From Eledone cirrhosa (Eukaryota), in the NCBI GenBank assembly GCA_964016885.1, contig CAXHJY010001554.1, positions 19,898 to 83,897 on the forward strand: DNA of 64,000 bases, given 5' to 3'. Positions 41,801 to 58,810 of the stretch are shown one piece after another. Made by a program: the position numbers and the translations under genes. Within the stretch, counting starts at the first letter, position 1; each line of letters starts with the position of its first letter. The notes under the pieces are model-generated. The model was given only the letters and a program-made list of their open reading frames with translations. It was not told where the DNA came from and ran no database searches.

Positions 41801-44800
41801 ATTACTCAGGTAAACTATATTACTCAGGTAAATTATATTATGAGGTAAACTATATTACTGAGGTAAACTATATTACACAGGTAAACTATATTGTTGAGGT
41901 AAACTATATTATTCAGGTAAACTGTAACAGGTAAACTATATTACGGAGGTAAACTGTTAGTCAGGTAAACTATACTACTCAGGTAAACTATATTACACAG
42001 GTATACTATATTACTGAGGTAAACATTATTTCTCACGTAAACTATGTTGCTCGGGTAAATTATATTACTCAGGCAAACTATGTTACTCAGGTCAACTATA
42101 TTACTGAGGTGAACTATATTACTGAGGTGAACTATATTACTGAGGTAAAGCATATTACGGAGGTAAACTATATTACTCAGGTAAACCATATTTATGAGGT
42201 AAACTATGTTACTGAGGTAAACTATGTTACTCAGGTAAACTATGTTACTCAGGTAAACTATATTCCTCAGGTAAACTATATTACTCAGACAAACTATATT
42301 ACTGAAGTACACTATATTACTGAGGTAAACTATATTACAGAGGTAAACCATATTACTGAGGTAAACTATATTACAGAGGTAAACCATATTACTGAGGTAA
42401 ACTATATTACTGAGGTAAACTATATTACTGAGGTAAACTATATTACTGAGGTAAACTATATTACTCAGTTAAAGTATGTTACTCAGGTAAACTATATTAC
42501 TGAGATAAACTATATTACTCAGGTAAACTATGTTACTCAGGTAAACTTTGTTACTGAGGTAACTATATTACTCAGGTAAATTATATTACACAGGTAAATT
42601 ATGTTACTGAGGTAAATATGTTACTGAGGTAAACTATATTACACAGGTAAACTATATTACACAGGTAAACTATATTACACAGGTAAACTATATTACACAG
42701 GTAAACTATATTACTCAGGTAAACTATATTACTCAGGTAAACTATATTACTCAGGTAAACTATATTACTCAGGTAAACTATGGTACTCAGCTAAACTATA
42801 TTACTGAGGTAAACTATATTACTCAGGTAAACTATATTACTGAGGTACACTATATTACTCAGGTAAACTATATTACTCGGGTAAAGTATGTTACTGAGGT
42901 AAACTATATTACTGAGGTAAACTATATTACTCAGGTAAACTATGTTAATCATTTAAACTTTGTTACTCATGTAAACTATGTTACTGAGGTAACTATATTA
43001 CTCAGGTAAATTATATTACACAGGTAAATTATATTACTGAGGTAAAGTATGTTACTGAGGTAAAATATGTTACTGAGGTAAACTATATTACACAGGTAAA
43101 CTGTATTGCTCAGGTAAACTATATTACTGTGTCAATCTATGTTACTCGGGTAAACTATGCTACTGAGGTAAACTATATTACTGGCGTAAACTATATTACT
43201 CAGTTAAACTATATTACTGAGGTAAACTATATTACTGAGGTAAACGATATTACTCAGGTAAACTATGTCACTCAGGTAAACTATATTATTGAGGTAAACT
43301 ATATTACTCAGGCAAACGATATTACTGACGTAAACAATATTACTCAGGTAAACTATATTACTCAGGTAAACTATATTACTCAGGTAAACTATATTACTCA
43401 GGTAAACTATATTACTCAGGTAAACTATATTACTCAGGTAAACTATATTACTCAGGTAAACTGTAACAGGTAAACTATATTACTGAGGTAAACTGTTACT
43501 CAGGTAAACTATATTACTCAGGTAAACTATATTACTCAGGTAAACTATATTACTCAGTTAAAGTATGTTATTCAGGTAAACTATATTACTGAGATAAACT
43601 ATATTACTCAGGTAAACTATGTTACTCAGGTAAACTTTGTTACTCAGGTAAACTTTGTTACTCAGGTAGACTTTGTTACTCAGGTAAACAATGTTACTGA
43701 GGTAACTATATTACTCTGGTAAATTATATTACACAGGTAAATTATATTACTGAGGTAAATATGTTACTGAGGTAAACTATATTACACAGGTAAACTATAT
43801 TACTGAGTTAAACTATGTTACTCAGGTAAACTATGTTAGTGAGGTAAACTATATTATTCAGGTAAACTGTAACAGGTAAACTATATTGCGGAGTTAAACT
43901 GTTACTCAGGTAAACTATATTAGTCAGGTAAACTATATTACACAGTTATACTGTATTACTGAGGTAAACATTATTTCTCACGTAAACTATGTTGCTCGGG
44001 TAAACGATATTATTCAGGTAAACTATATTACTCAGGTAAACTATATTACTCAGGTAAACTATATTACTCAGGCAAACTATATTACTCAGGCAAACTATGT
44101 TACTCAGGCAAACTATATTACTGAGGTAAACTATATTACTGAGGTAAACTATATTACTCAGCTAAATTATGTTACTCAGGTAAAATATGGTACTCAGCTA
44201 AACTATATTACTGAGGTAAACTATATTACTCAGGCAAACTATATTATTCAGGTAAAGTATGATACTGAGGTAAACTATATTACTGAGGTAAACTATGTTA
44301 ATCAGGTAAACTTTGTTACTGAGAAAACTATATTACTTAGGTAAATTATATTACACAGGTAAATTATATTACTGAGGTAAAGTATGTTACTGAGGTAAAA
44401 TATGTTACTCAGGTAAACTATATTACACAGGTAAACTATATTACTCAGGTAAACTATATTACTGAGTCAATCTATGTTACTCAGGTAAACTATGCTACTG
44501 AGGTAAACTATATTACTGGCGTAAACTATATTACTCAGTTAAACTATATTACTGAGGTAAACTATATTACTGAGGTAAACGATATTACTCAGGTAAACTA
44601 TGTCACTCAGTTAAACTATATTATTGAGGTAAACTATATTACTCAGGCAAACTATATTACTGAGGTAAACAATATTACTCGGGTAAACTATATTACTGAG
44701 GTAAACATTATTTCTCACGTAAACTATGTTGCTCGGGTAAACTATATTACTCAGGTAAACTATATTACTGAGGTAAATTATTACTGAGGTAAACTATTAT

Positions 44801-46266
44801 TGAGGTAAATTATGTTACTCAGGTAAACTGTTACTCAGGTAAACTATATTACCCACGTAAACTATATTACTCACGTAAACTATATTACTCAGGTAAACTA
44901 TATTACTCAGGTAAACTATTTTACTCAGGTAAACTATATTACTCAGGTAAACTATATTACTCATGCAAACAATGTTAATCAGGTAAACTATATTACTCAG
45001 GTAAACTATATTACTGAGGTAAACAATACTACTGAGGTAAACTATATTACTCACGTAAAATATATTACTCAGGTAAACTATATTACTCAGGTAAACTATA
45101 TTATTCAGGTAAACTATACTATTCAGGTAAACTGTTATTCAGGTAAACTATATTACTCAGGTAAACTATAATACTCAGGTAAACTATATTACTCAGGTAA
45201 ACTGTAACAGGTAAACTATATTACTGAGGTAAACTGTTACTCAGGTAAACTATATTACTGAGGTAAACTATATTACTCAGGTAAACTATATTACTCAGGT
45301 AAATTATGTCACTCAGGTAAACTATATTACTGAGGTAAACTATATTACTGAGGTAAACTATATTACTCAGGCAAACTATATTACTGAGGTAAACAATATT
45401 ACTCAGGTAAACTATATTACTCAGGTAAACTATATTACTCAGGTAAACTATATTACTCAGGTAAACTATATTACTGGGGTAAACTATATTACTCAGTTAA
45501 ACTGTAACAGGTAAACTATATTACTGAGGTAAACTGTTACTCAGGTAAACTATATTACTCAGGTAAGATATATTTTACACAGGTAAACTATATCACACAG
45601 GTATACTATATTACTGAGGTAAACTATGTTACTGAGGTCAACTATATTACTCAGGCAAACTATGTTACTCAAGTAAACTGTTTGGAGGTAAGCTATATTA
45701 CTCAAGTAAATTATATTACTCAGTTAAACTATATTAATCAGGCAAACTATATTACTCACGTAAACTATACTCAGGTAAACCATATTACTCAGGTAAACTA
45801 TATTACTCAGGTAAACTATATTACTCAGGTAAACTATATTACTCAGGTAAACTATATTACTCAGGTAAACTATATTACTCAGGTACACTATATTACTCAG
45901 GTAAACTATGTTACTCAGGTAAACTATGTTACTCAGGTAAATTATTTTACTCAGGTAAACTATATTACTCAGGTAAACTATCTTACTTAGGTAAACTATA
46001 TTACTCAGGTAAACTATATTACTCAGGCAAACTATGTTACTCAGGTAAATTATTTTACTCAGGTAAACTATATTACTCAGGTAAACTATCTTACTTAGGT
46101 AAACTATATTACTCAGGTAAACTATGTTACTCAGGTAAACTATATTACTGAGGTACACTATATTACTCAGGTAAATTATATTACTCAGGTAAACTGTAAC
46201 AGGTAAACTATATTACTGAGGTAAACTGTTACTCAGGTAAACTATATTACTCAGTTAAACTATATT
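35817..46266. repeat. Minisatellite array 2, 18-bp unit AAACTATATTACT(C/G)AGGT, roughly 580 units by length
   Basis: Direct reading; no foreign insertion seen across about 10.4 kb. Confidence 0.98.
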
Positions 46267-46793
46267 AAAATATTAAAATATTTAAAATATTAAAAATGAG
46301 AAGCAAAACACTCTTTTGCTTCTCACTTTTAATATTTTTAATATTTCTCTGCACACAAGCTTCTATATCATACATATAAAATACTTTACCAATACAACCC
46401 CCATAATACTCTTGATTGCCCGTTTAAAGTGCTTGTATTCCTTATAACACCTTACCGCGCTTTAATCTTATATAAATAAGACACACGTGCATGCCCCACA
46501 TATACATATATATATACATATATATATACATATATATATATATACATATATATATACATATACATATATATATATACATATATATACATATATATACATA
46601 TATATACATATATATATATATACATATATATATACATATACACATATATATATACATATACATATACATATACATATATATATACATATATATATACATA
46701 TACATATACATATATATATACATATATATATACATATATATATACATATATATATACATATATATATACATATATATATACATATATATATAC

Positions 46794-46828
<35 letters not shown>

Positions 46829-47133
46829 CATATATATATACATATATATATACATATATATATACATATATATATACATATATATATACATATATATATA
46901 CATACATATATATATACATATATATAGTTTTAATATAGATGAGATTCTACAGGACTAGAACTGTTTCATTCATTAGAAATCATCATTCATTAGAAATCAT
47001 CATTCCTGATGATTTCTAATGAATGAAACAGTTCTAGTCCAGTAGAATCTCATCTATATTAAAACTGTTATACTCTGCTATGTATTGAGTACCTTACTTA
47101 CTGTGGTTACCTCCGATTCAACCCGGAATAACG

Positions 47134-47184
<51 letters not shown>

Positions 47185-47360
47185 ACATATACATATACAT
47201 ATATATATATACAAGCTTCTATATCATACATATAAAATACTTTACCAATACAACCCCCATAATACTCTTGATTGCCCGTTTAAAGTGCTTGTATTCCTTA
47301 TAACACCTTACCGCGCTTTAATCTTATATAAATAAGACACACGTGCATGCCCCACATATA
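46267..47360. mobile_element. PLE-like pLTR remnants: hairpin, 150-bp direct repeat and inverted arms, family J
   Basis: Hairpin 46278-46335; direct repeat 46355-46505/47211-47360; inverted arms 46926-46985/47007-47066; CTGATGA-TTTCTAATGAAT-GAAAC..GTC at 47006-47039. Confidence 0.55.
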
Positions 47361-47380
47361 CATATATATATACACATATA

Positions 47381-47434
<54 letters not shown>

Positions 47435-47457
47435 CATATACATATATATATATACAT

Positions 47458-48068
47458 ATGGTGGCTGCCAACTCGTTTTCGAGTACGGCCACTACCTTAT
47501 ATCCATGTAGGAGAACCCCTACCGATGCGCTGAACGAGTGTGACTTTTTAGTCCAGCCAGCGACTTGAAAACTCTGGTACAAACACTACACTTGTGACAA
47601 TTACTGACACATAGTGCTGGGCCCATGGTACCATGTGACGACAAGTGCAGAGAGATCTCCAGATATAAAGCAATGCCTGTGCCGTGAAGCTTTTATAGTG
47701 AGCAAAGGCACTGCACAAAGCCAGTCCCACTCTCTTAACCAAGATGATATTTACCAAAAAGAAGAACAAGTCAACATCATTGGATACCATCAGGGTTGCA
47801 GGTGTTATATCAGAGTTTTCCTTCTCCTAGAATTCTGCCTTGACAAAGGCTAAGGGGTCATCTCTCCCGGTGATTTTGGATGGCTATTGACTCTTAAGAG
47901 CTCCTTTGCCCTTTGACAGGTTTTGTTTTTAGTCCTGCAGGATGTCCAAAGTCACCCTCCTCACCAAGAAACCTTGGTGGGGTTGCCAGTTTAGTCGCCA
48001 ACGACCCGACCATGGGACAGGTTGTACTGGGATACATGTTACCAGTAGCACCAACTGGTGACCTGACA
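47458..48068. mobile_element. GC-balanced repeat fragment, possibly RTE-LINE 5' region
   Basis: Contains gttttccttctcctag..caaaggctaa, a motif I associate with RTE-derived repeats; no coding evidence. Confidence 0.3.
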
Positions 48069-48188
48069 TATGTATATGTATATGTATATATATATATGTA
48101 TATGTATATATATATATGTATATGTATATATATATGTATATATATATGTATATGTATATGTATATATATGTATATGTATATATATATG

Positions 48189-48260
<72 letters not shown>

Positions 48261-48491
48261 CATATATATATACATATACATATATATATATACATATACA
48301 TATACATATATATATATACATATACATATACATATATATATACATATATATATACATATACATATATATATATACATATACATATATATATATACATATA
48401 CATATACATATATATATATATACATATATATATATACATATACATATACATATATATATACATATATATATATATACATATATATATATAC

Positions 48492-48538
<47 letters not shown>

Positions 48539-48585
48539 CATATATATATATACATATACATATATATATATGCATATACATATAC

Positions 48586-48622
<37 letters not shown>

Positions 48623-48822
48623 CATATATATATACATATATATATATACATATACATATATATATATATATATATACATATATATATACATATATATATA
48701 TACATATACATATATATATATATATATATATACATATATATATACATATATATATATACATATACATATATATATATATATATATACATATATATATACA
48801 TATATATATATACATATACATA

Positions 48823-48862
<40 letters not shown>

Positions 48863-49147
48863 CACATATATATACATATATATACATATATATATACATA
48901 TACATATATATACATATATATATATACATATACATATATATATACATATACATATATATATACATATATATATACATATATATACATATATATATACATA
49001 TACATATATATACATATATATATACATATACATATATATACATATATATATACATATACATATATATATACATATACATATATATATACATATACATATA
49101 TATATATACATATATATATATACATATATATATACATATATATATAC

Positions 49148-49184
<37 letters not shown>

Positions 49185-49861
49185 TATATACATATATATA
49201 TATATACATATATATATACATATATATATACATATATATATACATATATATATACATATATATATATATACATATATATATACATATATATATACATATA
49301 TATATACATATATATATACATATATATATACATATATATATATATACATATATATATACATATATATATACATATATATATACATATATATATACATATA
49401 TATATACATATATATATACATATATATATACATATATATATACATATATATATACATATATATATACATATACATATATATACATATATATATACATATA
49501 TATATACATATACATATACATATATATATATATATACATATATATATACATATATATATACATATACATACACATATATACATATATATATACATATATA
49601 TATATACATATACATATACATATATATACATATATATATACATATATATATACATATACATATATACATATACATATATATACACATATATATACATATA
49701 TATATATATATACACATATATATATACATATATATATATACACATATATATACATATATATATATACACATATATATATATATATACACATATACATATA
49801 CATATATATATACATATATATATACATATACATATACATATATATATACATATACATATAT

Positions 49862-49906
<45 letters not shown>

Positions 49907-49967
49907 CATATACATATATATATACATATACATATATATATACATATATATACATATATATATGTAC

Positions 49968-49999
<32 letters not shown>

Positions 50000-50063
50000 G
50001 TAAGTATATATATATGTATATATACATATATATATACATATATATATACATATATATATGTAC

Positions 50064-50098
<35 letters not shown>

Positions 50099-50127
50099 TA
50101 CATATATATATACATATATATATGTAC

Positions 50128-50161
<34 letters not shown>

Positions 50162-50665
50162 GTAAGTATATATATATGTATATATACATATATATATACA
50201 TATATATATACATACATATATACATACATATATATATACATATATATATACATACATATATACATACATATATATATACATATACATATACATATATATA
50301 TACATATACATATACATATATATATACATATATATATACATATATATATACATATATATATACATATATATATACATATATATATATATACATATATATA
50401 TACATATACATATATATATACATATATATATATACATATATATATATACATATATATATATACATATATATATATACATATATATATATACATATATATA
50501 TACATATATATATACATATATATACATATATATACATATATATATACATATATATACATATATATATACATATATATATATACATATATATATACATATA
50601 TATATACATATATATACACATATATATATACATATATATACATATATATACATATATATATATAC

Positions 50666-50712
<47 letters not shown>

Positions 50713-51052
50713 CATATATATATACATATATATATACATATATATATACATATATATATACATATATATATACATATATATATACATATACATATATATA
50801 CATATATATATACATATATATATACATATATATATACATATACATATATATACATATACATATATATATACATATACATATATATACATATATATATACA
50901 TATATATATACATATACATATATATACATATATATACATATACATATATATACATATATATATACATATACATATATATACATATATATATACATATATA
51001 TATACATATACATATATATACATATATATACATATACATATATATACATATA
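48069..51052. repeat. (TA)n/(TACATA)n microsatellite
   Basis: Direct reading; source of the about 1000-aa IY/HM pseudo-ORFs. Confidence 0.98.
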
Positions 51053-51919
51053 TAAAATATTAAACAAATAATGAATAAAACAATGAAACAGTTCCTTATA
51101 TTAAACAAAAAAAGTTCATTATTTAACGATCGTTTCTAGGATATATATGTGTTAGAATTGGCATGCATATTCAACAGATCTATGTACAAAATTATACAAA
51201 ATTATACAAACTATCAAGATTAAATATACATACCAACACATATATACGCCGTTTTCAGAAATAATGAGATATATTTATTGATAATAACAACAATTCAAAA
51301 TTTCAGGTCCGTTTGGGAACAAAATTGACCAATGAAAATACAAAAGGTTTAATGCAGTTCGGTGTGTGTATATACATGTAACTACCCTTACACATATTTT
51401 ACAAAAATGTATGCTCAACTTGTATACGCATACCAAAAGGATGGATGCAAATACAAAATTTCAAGGTTAATGTCTCTGTAAGTTTATAATGCACAGATAA
51501 GATGCGTATAGACACATAAATATGAAATAAGTGTATACACATATTCTCATACTCACACATATCCGTACAATCACACACACACGCGCGTATATGCATAAAC
51601 ATACACATAACTACGAACATACAAACACACACACACCCCCACTCACATATATATATGTGGATATAAAATCCTAAGCACATGGATATTAATTCACTCACAT
51701 AAACACTGGCACACACATTTAGATCAAGATACAGAAATTAGGTGGGAGGGGGGGAGAGGTAAGTATTCAACGGTTTGGGCAGACTGCTTATTATAGATGT
51801 ATCTATAAACTAAGAAAATAAAAAATAATAAATAATAAATAAACATTAAAAAGGAAAGAAAAGAAAAAGAAAAAAGAAAAAAGAAATATATCAAGAAAAT
51901 ATATATATATATATATACA

Positions 51920-51967
<48 letters not shown>

Positions 51968-52075
51968 AACACATACATACATTTACACACATCTACACTT
52001 AGAACATACATACACACACATATATAAACATATACATATACACACATACATACATATACACACATACATATAAAT

Positions 52076-52116
<41 letters not shown>

Positions 52117-52419
52117 TATATACACATATAATCACACATACTATATAGACACACATATATATACACACATACACGCACATATACATACACTTACATACTT
52201 ATATATATACAGATATACACATACATACCTATATATACACACAAATACATACAGACATACATACATACATACAGACAAATACTTACGCATCCATAAATCG
52301 GTATATACATACAAACACCACTACACTCTCACACAACTCAGACATACAAAGAAAAAGGTATATATCTATACACATATACATATACAAATAGAGAAACATA
52401 TACATATATATATATACAC

Positions 52420-52459
<40 letters not shown>

Positions 52460-52656
52460 ATATATATACATATATATATATATACATACACATATACACA
52501 CATACACATACATACACATACATACATGTACACACACATAGATATATATACATACACACATACACACACGTACACCTACACGAACATACACATACACATA
52601 TATAAAGATATATATACACACACACACACATACACACACACACATATATAAAATAA

Positions 52657-52693
<37 letters not shown>

Positions 52694-53021
52694 CATATAC
52701 ATACACACATACATAGACATATATGTACATACATACACATACATACATACATACACACTCATACATACATATATATATACACACATAGCCATATACATAC
52801 ATACACACACAACATACATACACACACATATATACTCATACATAGAATTAGATATATATTCATACATACATACGCACTTACATATACTCATATATACAAA
52901 TACATACGCATCCATATATGCGTATATACATAGAAACACCACTACACCCTCACACAACTCAGACATACAAAGAAAAGGCATATACATATACATATATACA
53001 CGCATTAATAGAGATATATAT

Positions 53022-53060
<39 letters not shown>

Positions 53061-53253
53061 CACTTATATATATAGACCCACACACACATACAAACACCCA
53101 CATATACATATATATACACATATATATATATACACACACATAAAAAACAGACATGCACATATATATTTTTTTACACATATATATACACATATATATACAC
53201 ACACACACACCCTCACATATACACACATACACATAAGTTATATTATGATAATA

Positions 53254-53294
<41 letters not shown>

Positions 53295-53324
53295 TGTATA
53301 TGTATATATGTATGTGTATGTGTA

Positions 53325-53377
<53 letters not shown>

Positions 53378-53380
53378 GTG

Positions 53381-53411
<31 letters not shown>

Positions 53412-54130
53412 TAATTTTGATTTCTATTTGCATATAATTATATTCTGCTATTGATAAAATACAATATCTGTTTTATTTATTATATACCTAATTAACATAT
53501 ACTATAGAAATAAATATATAATTTTTAATTTAGTTAACCTATAATTTATATTCTACTACCGATGTAATACTTTATTTGTTTTTTCCCTATTACTAAATTC
53601 ATTTCCTAATATTGATACCATAACGTTATTAACTTTAATTTAGTTATACTATAATTAATACTCTACTACTATTTAACTTCAAAATTCTGCTTCAAATATT
53701 ATAAACCTAACTAATTTACACCTTAGAAATCAATATGTTAACTATCTTTATTTTAGTTAACATATAATTAATGGTATACTTATTTATTTTGAAATGCATA
53801 AATTTTGCCTTATTTCTTATTTATTGTATTTCCTAACACTGAAACTATGTAAAAACATACATTGGATCCAGATACGGATAATATTCTATGTTTCTTGAAA
53901 CATATATTTACTATAATCCCCTTCTCCACCCCCCCCCCCTTTTCCCCCATACTATTATCATCTGTGTTTGTAAGCGTGTATGTATGAATATATATGTAGG
54001 TAGGTGTATATATGTTTGGGTATTTATATCTGAATATAAAAATACATATATGCGCATGCAAATAAGAATGTAAGATTGTGTGTGTATATATATGTGTGTA
54101 TGTATATATATATGTGTATATATGCATGTC

Positions 54131-54161
<31 letters not shown>

Positions 54162-54416
54162 ATGTATGTATGTATATATGTGTGTGTATATATATGTATG
54201 TCTCTCTATTTATATGTCTATCTTCGTATCTATGTGGATATATGTGTGTGTGTGCATGTATACACATATATGTGTTTACGTGTATATGTGTGTATGTGTA
54301 TATATGTGTGTGTGCACACACATATATATGTGAGTGTGTGTATGTGTGTGTGTATATGTATGTGTATATATATATATATATATCTATGTGTGTATATATG
54401 TCTATATTCGTATGTG

Positions 54417-54463
<47 letters not shown>

Positions 54464-54672
54464 TATTATTATAATATAACTTATGTGTATGTGTGTATAT
54501 GTGAGGGTGTGTGTGTGTATATATATGTGTATATATATGTGTAAAAAAATATATATGTGCATGTCTGTTTTTTATGTGTGTGTATATATATATATGTGTA
54601 TATATATGTATATGTGGGTGTTTGTATGTGTATTTATGGTTGTATGTGTGTGTGGGTCTATATATATAAGTG

Positions 54673-54709
<37 letters not shown>

Positions 54710-55037
54710 ATATATATCTCTATTAATGCGTGTATATATGTATATGTATATGCCTTTTCTTTGTATGTCTGAGTTGTGTGAGGGTGTAGTGGTGTTTCTA
54801 TGTATATACGCATATATGGATGCGTATGTATTTGTATATATGAGTATATGTAAGTGCGTATGTATGTATGAATATATATCTAATTCTATGTATGAGTATA
54901 TATGTGTGTGTATGTATGTTGTGTGTGTATGTATGTATATGTCTATGTGTGTATATATATATGTATGTATGTGTGTGTATGTATGTATGTATGTGTATGT
55001 ATGTACATATATGTCTATGTATGTGTGTATGTATATG

Positions 55038-55098
<61 letters not shown>

Positions 55099-55321
55099 TT
55101 ATTTTATATATATGTGTGTGTGTGTATGTGTGTGTGTGTGTGTATATATATCTTTATATATGTGTATGTGTATGTTCGTGTAGGTGTACGTGTGTGTATG
55201 ACTATATATGTATGTGTGTATGTGTGTATGTATATATATCTATGTGTGTGTACATGTATGTATGTGTATGTATGTGTATGTGTGTATATGTGTATGTATA
55301 TATATATATATGTATATATAT

Positions 55322-55353
<32 letters not shown>

Positions 55354-55630
55354 GTTTCTCTATTTGTATATGTATATGTGTATAGATATATACCTTTTTC
55401 TTTGTATGTCTGAGTTGTGTGAGAGTGTAGTGGTGTTTGTATGTATATACCGATATATGGATGCGTAAGTATTTGTCTGTATGTATGTATGTATGTCTGT
55501 ATGTATTTGTGTGTATATATAGGTATGTATGTGTATATCTGTATGTATATAAGTATGTAAGTGTATGTATATGTGCGTGTATGTGTGTATATATATGTGT
55601 GTCTATATAGTATGTGTGATTATATGTGTA

Positions 55631-55685
<55 letters not shown>

Positions 55686-55799
55686 ATTTATATGTATGTG
55701 TGTATATGTATGTATGTGTGTATATGTATATGTTTATATATGTGTGTGTATGTATGTTCTAAGTGTGGATGTGTGTATATGTATGTATGTGTTTGTGTG

Positions 55800-55830
<31 letters not shown>

Positions 55831-55831
55831 G

Positions 55832-55876
<45 letters not shown>

Positions 55877-55877
55877 G

Positions 55878-55944
<67 letters not shown>

Positions 55945-55945
55945 G

Positions 55946-55987
<42 letters not shown>

Positions 55988-56966
55988 CTTGATATATTTC
56001 TTTTTTCTTTTTTCTTTTTCTTTTCTTTCCTTTTTAATGTTTATTTATTATTTATTATTTTTTATTTTCTTAGTTTATAGATACATCTATAATAAGCAGT
56101 CTGCCCAAACCGTTGAATACTGACCTCTCCCCCCCTCCCACCTAATTTCTGTATCTTGATCTAAATGTGTGTGCCAGTGTTTATGTGAGTGAATTAATAT
56201 CCATGTGCTTAGGATTTTATATCCACATATATATATGTGAGTGGGGGTGTGTGTGTGTTTGTATGTTCGTAGTTATGTGTATGTTTATGCATATACGCGC
56301 GTGTGTGTGTGATTGTACGGATATGTGTGAGTATGAGAATATGTGTATACACTTATTTCATATTTATGTGTCTATACGCATCTTATCTGTGCATTATAAA
56401 CTTACAGAGACATTAACCTTGAAATTTTGTATTTGCATCCATCCTTTTGGTATGCGTATACAAGTTGAGCATACATTTTTGTAAAATATGTGTAAGGGTA
56501 GTTACATGTATATACACACACCGAACTGCATTAAACCTTTTGTATTTTCATTGGTCAATTTTGTTCCCAAACGGACCTGAAATTTTGAATTGTTGTTATT
56601 ATCAATAAATATATCTCATTATTTCTGAAGACGGCGTATATATGTGTTGGTATGTATATTTAATCTTGATAGTTTGTATAATTTTGTATAATTTTGTACA
56701 TAGATCTGTTGAATATGCATGCCAATTCTAACACATATATATCCTAGAAACGATCGTTAAATAATGAACTTTTTTTGTTTAATATAAGGAACTGTTTCAT
56801 TGTTTTATTCATTATTTGTTTAATATTTTATCTTGACTCTGTATACCGTTTATCTTTCACCGAAAGTGATTTTTCATTACATCTCTTCTTTCCATGATAT
56901 CCGGAATACATTGAGTTCTTCATACGGATTGGACACTACCGTAAACTCTTGGTAGATTTATCTACA
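51053..56966. mobile_element. Family A non-coding PLE derivative forming a large inverted repeat
   Basis: Left arm 51053-53285 is the rc of right arm about 54440-56831; right copy extends to 56966; hammerheads at 51116-51267 (minus) and 56616-56767 (plus). Confidence 0.8.
56616..56767 (+). ncRNA. Hammerhead motif, family A
   Basis: TCATTATTT-CTGAAGA..GAAA-CGATCG-TT-AAATAATGA. Confidence 0.7.
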
Positions 56967-56991
56967 TATACATATATATACATATACATAC

Positions 56992-57025
<34 letters not shown>

Positions 57026-57059
57026 ATATATATATATATACATATATATATACATATAC

Positions 57060-57091
<32 letters not shown>

Positions 57092-57305
57092 ATATACATA
57101 TACATATACATATATATATACATATACATATACATATACATATATATACATATACATATATATATATATACATATACATATATATACATATACATATATA
57201 TACATATATATATATACATATATATATACATATACATACATATACATATATATATACATATATATATACATATATATATACATATACATATATATATACA
57301 TATAT

Positions 57306-57340
<35 letters not shown>

Positions 57341-57557
57341 TATATATATACATATACATATATATATACATATATATATACATATACATATATATATATA
57401 CATACATATATATATACATATACATATATATATATACATATACATATATATATATACATATACATATATATATACATATATATATATATACATATACATA
57501 TATATATACATATATATATATATACATATACATATATATATATACATATACATATAC

Positions 57558-57588
<31 letters not shown>

Positions 57589-58130
57589 CATATACATATA
57601 CATATATATACATATATATATATATACATATATATATACATATACATATATATATATATACATATACATATATATACATATATACAAATATATATACATA
57701 TATATATACATATATATATACATATATATATACATATATACATACATATATATATATATACATATATACATACATATATATATATATATACATATATACA
57801 TACATATATATATATATATACATATATACATACATATACATATATACATACATATATACATATATACATACATATACATATATATATACATATATACATA
57901 CATATATATATACATATATAATATACATATATATGTACATTATATATATATATACATATATAATATACATATATATGTACATATATATATACATATATAT
58001 GTATATATATATATACATATATACATACATATATATATATACATATATACATATATACATACATATATATATATACATATATACATACATATATATATAC
58101 ATATATACATACATATATATATACATATAT
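56967..58130. repeat. (TA)n/(TACATA)n microsatellite
   Basis: Direct reading. Confidence 0.97.
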
Positions 58131-58152
58131 AGGCTTGGCACTTGTTGGTATA

Positions 58153-58159
58153 AGACGTG
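58153..58159 (+). promoter_or_regulatory. DPE-like AGACGTG motif near the LINE 5' end
   Basis: About 23 nt from the inferred 5' end; matches the internal-promoter motif known from Drosophila jockey/I-type LINEs. Confidence 0.35.
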
Positions 58160-58778
58160 AATTGTCGTCTCTCCGGATTTGAAATTTTAATATTTTAAAT
58201 CGACAGTAATCGGATTTATGTATGGTTTTAATTCTTCAGAGGACAAGGAAAACATACAAAAAAGATAAGTTTTTGTGCTTTGACGCAATTATTTTGAAGT
58301 ATATTTTACATATATTACCGTTTTGAACATGTTTATTTTCACTGTATGATTCATTCATGGGAGACAACACACACAGGTGCTTTCTATTTTTGTTTCATAC
58401 AGAGCATTTTGGTTTAGCTTAAGCAATTTTGTATTAATTTTGATATTTCTGAGTAACATAATTTAATTTGATATAATCTTGTTTGATTTTGTATAATCTT
58501 ATCTGTATTTGACCCGATTTCGTTGTTTCTTGTATGATATGCTGATATTACAATAACTCCGTATATTTGTAAACAGACATTTACATCGTGTTTCTATATC
58601 TCTGTTTCCGGTTTCTTCCATTCATTAATTTAAATTTAGATTTAAAAATTTATTTTTATATTTATGAACTGCAGTTGCTCACGCTCTCACGCTGTCTCTA
58701 TCTCTCTCCTTCCTCTCTCTCTCTCCCTCTCTTTCTCGATCAACGAGCTCTCTTTCTCCCTCTCTCTAGATCAACGAG

Positions 58779-58810
<32 letters not shown>

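Noticed and set aside
35797-46158. VNYITQ / SNIVYL hexapeptide-repeat ORFs
   Set aside because: Consequence of an 18-bp unit; frequent indels break the frame; open on both strands; no start or splice context.
29135-46266. CRISPR-like appearance of the arrays
   Set aside because: No unique spacers, no cas genes, eukaryotic context.
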